Assembly (NCBI GenBank): GCA_030141605.1
Contig: JAQGDQ010000191.1
Coordinates: forward strand, 62,001 to 126,000
Length of the DNA: 64,000 nucleotides
Direction: 5' to 3'
Source of the DNA: Tubiluchus corallicola
Lineage: Eukaryota; Animalia; Priapulida
A program made the translations under genes and the position numbers. Shown here one piece after another: positions 57,678 through 64,000 of this stretch. Within the stretch, counting starts at the first letter, position 1. Each line of letters begins with the position of its first letter. Below the pieces are notes generated by a model. The model saw only the letters and a program-made list of their open reading frames with translations. It was not told the DNA's origin and did not search any database.

Positions 57678-57941
57678 ATCGTGCCGCCTACAAAAAGAAG
57701 ATATCTATTGAAGGGACATCTGCGCTTAACGGTCTACAATGGCGATCTGGGCAATCAAGGAAGTGATATCTGAGCATTGCCGATCGATCAGAGAATTGAT
57801 TATAATTGCTAGCAAGGCTTGATTAGCGCGGGATATTAGCCAATTACTAGTCTCAGCATCGAATGTCTTAACCAAATCCACTTGTTTGCCTGCAAGCAAG
57901 AAAGCATAGCTTCTTATGACAATAATTATAATAACTTATAT
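57678..57941 (+). other. Putative non-coding 5' UTR exon of K2P gene B
   Basis: Acceptor tttttcccgttttacAG ends 57677; donor tat|GTGAGT at 57942; the next acceptor ttcttcactatcttccAG ends 58095 and leads into the ATG-containing exon. Splice signals only; no transcript evidence. Confidence 0.45.
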
Positions 57942-58286
57942 GTGAGTATGGCTTTGCCGAAGCCACAAGAAATGATGTTTAAATGAAGGCACGCGATTTT
58001 TTAATTTAATTTCATTTTTAATATAATTTTAATAAATTTTTGCCTTTGTGGTCTCCCTAATATAAAATCCTTACTGTTTCTTCACTATCTTCCAGTTAAT
58101 TTTTAACAGTCGCCAATTTTTGGGCTTTTTGGTATAAATCTGATGGGTAAGGGTATAAGAGGTCTTGACCTCATATTGGAAGCAAGCAATGTCAGTTAAT
58201 AAAAGCAGGTGACAGAACTATTTCCGGCAGTAGGGGTTCTGGAAGGATTTCGGTGTTAATCCTTCCTATATGTTGTTCCACCCAAT

Positions 58287-58710
58287 ATGATCCGTCGTCG
58301 GCGGAGCACCGTCTTTTCTGACCATCGTCATGAGCAGTTTAAAGATTACTGTAGAAAATTTGCTGCTTTTTGTTTCTCGCACATTGGCCTCTGCGGTCTG
58401 GTAGTGGGATACTCCATAATAGGAGCTCTAACTTTCCGAGCTTTAGAAGCTCCTTACGAAATTGTTACCCGCAATTCTGTGAAGAAGCTCCGAGAGTCGA
58501 CTATAAACGACCTGTGGGAGTTGACCATGGAGTTGAACGTTTTGTACGAGAAAAACTGGACCGAAATGGCCACGGTAAAATTGAAGGATTTCCAGACACA
58601 GCTAATAAAAAAGGTGAAGGAGGGATACGATGGCAAGGAAGAGGAGGGAAGGAATCAGTGGAGCTTCAGCGGAGCTTTCCTGTATTCTCTCACTGTGATA
58701 ACCACAATTG
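58287..58710 (+). CDS. First coding exon of a two-pore-domain potassium channel (K2P, TWK-18/KCNK18-like), 'gene B'; downstream exon(s) not in window
   Basis: ATG at 58287 with an in-frame stop about 30 nt upstream; M1 FSHIGLCGLVVGYSIIGALTFRALE, cap helices with an NWT sequon, pore helix QWSFSGAFLYSLTVITTIG, then donor ACC ACA ATT G|GTAAGG at 58711 (phase 1). The ORF-track tail KVYN is intron read-through. Confidence 0.95.
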
Positions 58711-59027
58711 GTAAGGTATATAATTAATTAAAAATTGTACGTCCAAATAGTATTAAAAACTTTATATTCTAAATTCTGAATACAGACATTTTGATATCGA
58801 TTCTGCTGGCCCACAAATTAGATTGTCGATTACAATTGTATTTTTATTTATAATATAAATAGATTTACTAACGTAAAAGTTACTCAAATAAAATTGACGT
58901 AACTCTTTGAGCACATTATTGAGAAATGAAAAACCGCATGTAACGCCCATTGTCTGATAGATATAGTCACCAAGCTTACAAAAATTTCAAAAAATATAGT
59001 CTTGGAGTTACGTAATTACGGTTGCTC

Positions 59028-59346
59028 GAGGATCGGGACAGGATCGAGTTTCGGATCGAGATCAGGGATACGGATTTAGGATCGCGGTTCGGGTCAGAAC
59101 GAAATGTTCGTGATTATTTTCCTGACCCAAACCAGAAATATAATTACATATAGCAGTAAAATTAATGCAGATGAAAGAATTACTGCGAAATACCGCAGTT
59201 TTAGCGCCGACAAGTAATGTAACAGTTGCTTTTCAATTATTATAAACTTTTAAAGTTCGGGATCTGGATCGGGGTCGGGACGATACGAGATGAGTAGTTC
59301 GCAAGTGAATGTTCGGGAACGGGGTTCGGGATTTGAAAAAGTTCGG
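59028..59346 (+). repeat. Degenerate GGATCG/GTTCGGGA(A)C repeat clusters, likely a transposon subterminal region
   Basis: Multiple GGATCG(G/A)G and GTTCGGGA units; reverse-complement units (TCCCGAAC, CTCGTTCCCGAA) also occur at 32878-32913. Confidence 0.55.
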
Positions 59347-59427
59347 CAATTATAAATGTACAGTACCCTTAGACTTCTGCCGATTCTCCAAAATGCATTT
59401 TTATTACGTTTGAATTACTGCTGTTGT

Positions 59428-59944
<517 letters not shown>

Positions 59945-60252
59945 GCTGTTGTTGAGATACATAATTTATAAAGCGCTTACAATGCCACGTTTTTTATTGC
60001 TTTTACCGCCCACAAAAATTGCCCCATTTAGCCTGAAGATGATATTAACACGAACCAAAAGAAGCTAATTTGAAAATGCGATTCGTATTCCCGTATGATT
60101 TGGGTTAATTTTGCACTTTGGCTCGTATTACTGATATTACATCATGCCTGATGTAACGCACACCCGCAGGGATAACACAAGTAACAGAATTGCTATGTAT
60201 TATATCATGTCGCTAGTCCCTTCTCTTTATTTCTGTAGCATGCAAACACATC

Positions 60253-60527
60253 AATAATAATAATAATAATAATCTTTATTCAAAGTCGTCTTTTTGGATG
60301 AACAGTTAACATAAGCTCCAAGAGCTTTTGGGCCGACTGTACATAACAATCTACAACTACGTAACACAGACTATTATTACTCCACTCTTACACTAAATGC
60401 TATGCGCCAGGTAAAGCAACAGCAGGCTCCATTTTTAAAGTCCCATTGATATGACCCGGCCGCTGTATCGAACTCACGACCTCCCAGGCGGAAAGCGGAC
60501 GCGTTACCACTAGACTAAACCGTCTGG
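60253..60527 (-). mobile_element. tRNA-derived SINE, MetaSINE-like core, (ATT)n tail
   Basis: Minus strand: A box TAGTCTAGTGG, B box GAGTTCGATAC, then GGGTCATATCAATGGGACTTTAAAAATGGAGCCTGCTGTTGCTTTACCTGGCGCATAGCATT, a 3' hairpin AAGCTC..GAGCTT, AATAAA and about 7 ATT units. Confidence 0.85.
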
Positions 60528-62619
60528 TATACTCCGTTGGTACGTGCGATATTTATACTTCAATGGTAAAAAATGCGATTGGAGATGACAGTTTGATAGT
60601 AGTAAAGTGTAGAAGAGTGATTACCGAACACCCTCTCGGGCAATTTTTGTCGGCGGTGAAAGCAATAAAAAACGTGCTGCTGATACTAACATTTTGTTAT
60701 GACAAGAGCTCCTACTTGGTATTGTAGGCGCTTTATAAATTATATATATCCACAACAGCAATAATTCAAGCATAATAAAAATGCATTTTGGAGAATCGGC
60801 AGAGGTCTAAAGGTGCTGTACATTTATAATTTACATGCTGACCACCCAATGCTAAGCAATAGGTATTGATACTATAACTGCAATTATCATTTAATTGCTG
60901 CTGCCTAAGGTTTGGGTTGGCTAGTGTACCGCCGTCAATAGTTAACTCAGTGGGGTATAAAGGAAAAGCGAAGTGGTGATTGCAGAACACTGGAGTTAAG
61001 TCACCGCCGCTACTTGAATAATAAGTCAATATAGGTCATTGGCATGCACGGTTTTTGTCGAACAATAGCTAATATACCTACAGAAAGTCTGCTGCAAAAT
61101 TATAAAATGAAAACCTTGTTTTGGGGTTCTTGAAAACGATAAAGATTCATGACTGTGTTGAGCGCAGAGACTGATGTTTATTTTTGCTAACCACCCTGTT
61201 CTTCAACAAAAGCCGCTTTACGCTAGCAGCGGTGTTTAGTAAAAAACTGTAACGTGATTATGAATACGCAGCATTTTCGTTGAATTGATTATAGTGCAAG
61301 TTTTTTTGCAAAAAACTTCTGGCTGTGGTTTCAGTTTCCATGCACCTCGCCTTTGAAGTACTCGATACACGCGGCCTGAAGGGAAAAAAATGCAAATCCA
61401 TACCTGCAGTTGAATGGCTGCTTAGATGAAGAGAGTCGGTGATTTTTTTGCTTCAAGTAAAAAAGCGTGGCAAGTTATTTACAACAGTATAAGGTTTCAA
61501 GCTCCAACATTGAAGAGTCTATACCATTTATTCGTAGATATTTCAGTTTATTCAGTTTCTTTTGGGGTACTGGATCACACTAGTTGAGGTCAACTTGTTA
61601 CTACAGTATTACTAATAATATCATTTATTTATATTTACAAAGTGATTTTAATTACATTTTAATTACGTTATATTTATGTTACAAAATTTACATTGTGAGT
61701 ATTTATTTTGATAGTTATTCAGATAAGAAAATGTATTAGTCTTCCATATAATAAAGCCCATTGAGAAAATTCCACTACGTCATGAATATAGTAATTTATG
61801 TACACGACTATAATGACATCGTTTTATAAGTCAATACCCCTAGTCAATTAGGAAAAATTGTGTACACGCAATTACATCAAATAGACAAAACGGTATTAAC
61901 AGTACAATTATTAACTATATAGTATTAGAAAAGGAAAGACCGATATTAAAACTGTTAATTTTAATTCTTGTTATCGTTGAGTGAGTGAAAAAACGCAGAC
62001 ATTCAAACTAATATGACGCCAGAAGTTAACTAGAACTCATTTTTTAATGTTATATATATTTGCTACACATGTTGGCGGTTATTTTACGGGTTTTTATGTA
62101 CTTTTTTCGTGTAATTTATATATCTGTTATACAAGCATTCATTTTTAACATGTGGATGATGTGACTTATGCCACTGATACTCTAATCAATGAAACGTTAA
62201 TGCAACATGGCATGGCGAATTAGTGCCAATGTTCGCATAGGAAAGTGATGGTGATATTAACAGGTCCCTATTGCACTATTAACATCGTTCCAACATCCCA
62301 GAGGATTTACTCATTTTTATTGATATGGCAGATAGTTGTAGAGTAGTCGGTTATTAATCACTGATTACAGGCTTTATGGCATTTTCAACATGATGTGTGT
62401 TATTTTGATTAATTGACTTTGAGTAATAATTATATTGTGGTGCCTCAAACACATTTATGTAGAAAAGGGGCAGAGCTACATGCATGGAAGCTAAAGTATA
62501 TTTTAGATCTATTTTTAATATTTAAATGAAATATCCTTGCTAAAATATACGATTCCTAAAGATTGTCATATTATTTTCAGAAAGTTATCAGGTTTTTGTA
62601 CAGACGTAATTATTATTTG

Positions 62620-63045
62620 CATTATTACCCATGTACGCTTCTAGGTGCGTCTGTTTGGGTGTGTGCTTGTCTTATGCCTGTTTGTGTATTTGTCCGCGCG
62701 ATAAACGAAATGGATGAAGTTATCAAAAAAACTTGGGCAAGCGCTGGACATCCACTGATTTTGGGCTTGAAAAGTTAAAGGTCAAGGTCACAAGATCAAA
62801 ATGGATGAAGCTATAATTTCCAAACTTAATGCAGGTATAGATCTGGACAGAAACTTGGAAACCTATTGATTTTTGGTTCAAAAAGTCAAAGGTCAAAGTC
62901 ACAAATATAAAAATGTCAAAATAAATTTTTGCTTGAAGTTTGAAATTTTATGCTCACTATTTTTTATTTTACATTATTTGTTCATAATATCTTCATGTTA
63001 GGGTATGGACTGGCACCTCTACTAAGTGCCCTTATTCTACTTAGC
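62620..63045 (+). mobile_element. Non-autonomous 'AAGGTCAAGGTCA'-motif element (HINE/DINE-1-like or Crypton-like; class uncertain)
   Basis: Begins ATTATTACCC, has a degenerate GTCT/GTTT microsatellite, two AAAGGTCAA(G/A)GTCAC motifs (near 62778 and 62888) and ends GGCAC..GTGCC hairpin then TTCTACTT. Related pieces at 26180-26490 (-), 33844-34020 (+) and 21540-21912 (-). Confidence 0.55.
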
Positions 63046-64000
63046 TTGCCTGTTCTTTTAGATATTTTAATTTTTGTATCTTAATTTGTTCGCCTCTAAG
63101 GCCTGTAGCTTATTTATTATGCATTACTATTAAGTTGTCTGCTCCTCAAACTATTTAATTCGTCAATTAAATCATGTTGTTTAACTCGTCCGTAGTTGTG
63201 CTAGATTGCTTAGCTTGCACAGTGTGTACACTTAATAGCTCAGCAACGCTATTAATCCTATTAGTTGCCTGCTTGTTTATTTCGTTTACTCTACTGCTAG
63301 GTTTAAGCGTATTATAAGCGTATTATATCGGTAGTCTAATTAGAAACTTGCAAATGCTGAAGGAAACTTCCAAGTGTACTTCCTATGACGGGCTTTATTC
63401 AATTATTTTGTACCTATCTGTTTTCTTTAGCTCATTTACTAAGTAAACGATTTTGACCAGTTTTGAGAAACCAATTCTCGGCGAATAGCTATTTTCGAAT
63501 TAATAAAGTGAAAAATCCATCATAAAAATAGACACGTTTCAGTTTAAATGATCGTCTTTGCGTAGCTTTATGCAAAGGAAGGTTTTTAAACTGACACATG
63601 TCTATTTTTGCTGAATAAATTTCAACACAGACCCGAATTGAACACTTTAAGCAAAAGGTCGCTTATAAGGATACACATTTATATTGCCATTTCGTTCACG
63701 TGGAGCCTCTATCCGAGTCTAATAATTGTGTCATGTGTGTTTGACCTGCTGACAGTATGAAATACATGAACAGAAGGTGAAAGCAATGATGCAGTTAACT
63801 TGCAATCACGCAATACTTTGTTTGACGAGCTACTTTTAATGGCACGAGCTCCGAATAGGAATGAAATAAGATTAAATTTATTAAGCATCTAGAGTTTTGT
63901 TACTTTTTTCGGAATCCTTCATTTGCCACTCATTTATCCAAAGTCGTCTGTTATGGATCGTAATACACCCAGGGGAAATCGCCCCTTCTAGTACCTTCTT

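Noticed and set aside
60455-60527. Possible tRNA gene (also 3016-3090)
   Set aside because: A and B boxes are present, but there is no proper acceptor stem and the sequence continues into a SINE body and tail.

Overview
AT-rich (roughly one-third GC), intron- and repeat-dominated animal genomic DNA, most likely from an invertebrate; it is not prokaryotic and has no operons or CRISPR. There are two intact coding segments, both on the + strand and both from two-pore-domain K+ channel (K2P, TWIK/TWK-18/KCNK18-like) genes: a terminal exon at 22560-23467 (GYG end of pore 1, M2, long loop, M3, pore 2 TIGFGD, M4, stop) and a first coding exon at 58287-58710 (ATG, M1, cap, pore helix ending TTIG). 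The halves are complementary and share the same phase-1 junction inside the selectivity filter, but lie in reverse order. The simplest reading is two tandem paralogues whose partner exons fall outside the window. Between them is a decayed, intron-containing ASPM-like IQ-repeat fragment on the - strand. The rest is transposon debris: two 5'-truncated LINEs, tRNA-derived SINEs (one MetaSINE-like), a two-copy 5S-rRNA-derived SINE candidate, a Tourist/Harbinger-type MITE with a TTA duplication, a three-layer nest (TIR element containing a hAT MITE and a SINE), several foldback hairpins, an interstitial telomere-like array and many microsatellites. I found no convincing wholly new biological system. 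The best leads are the reversed K2P exon pair, the ASPM-like fragment and the SINE families. All family assignments are from visual motif recognition, not database searches.
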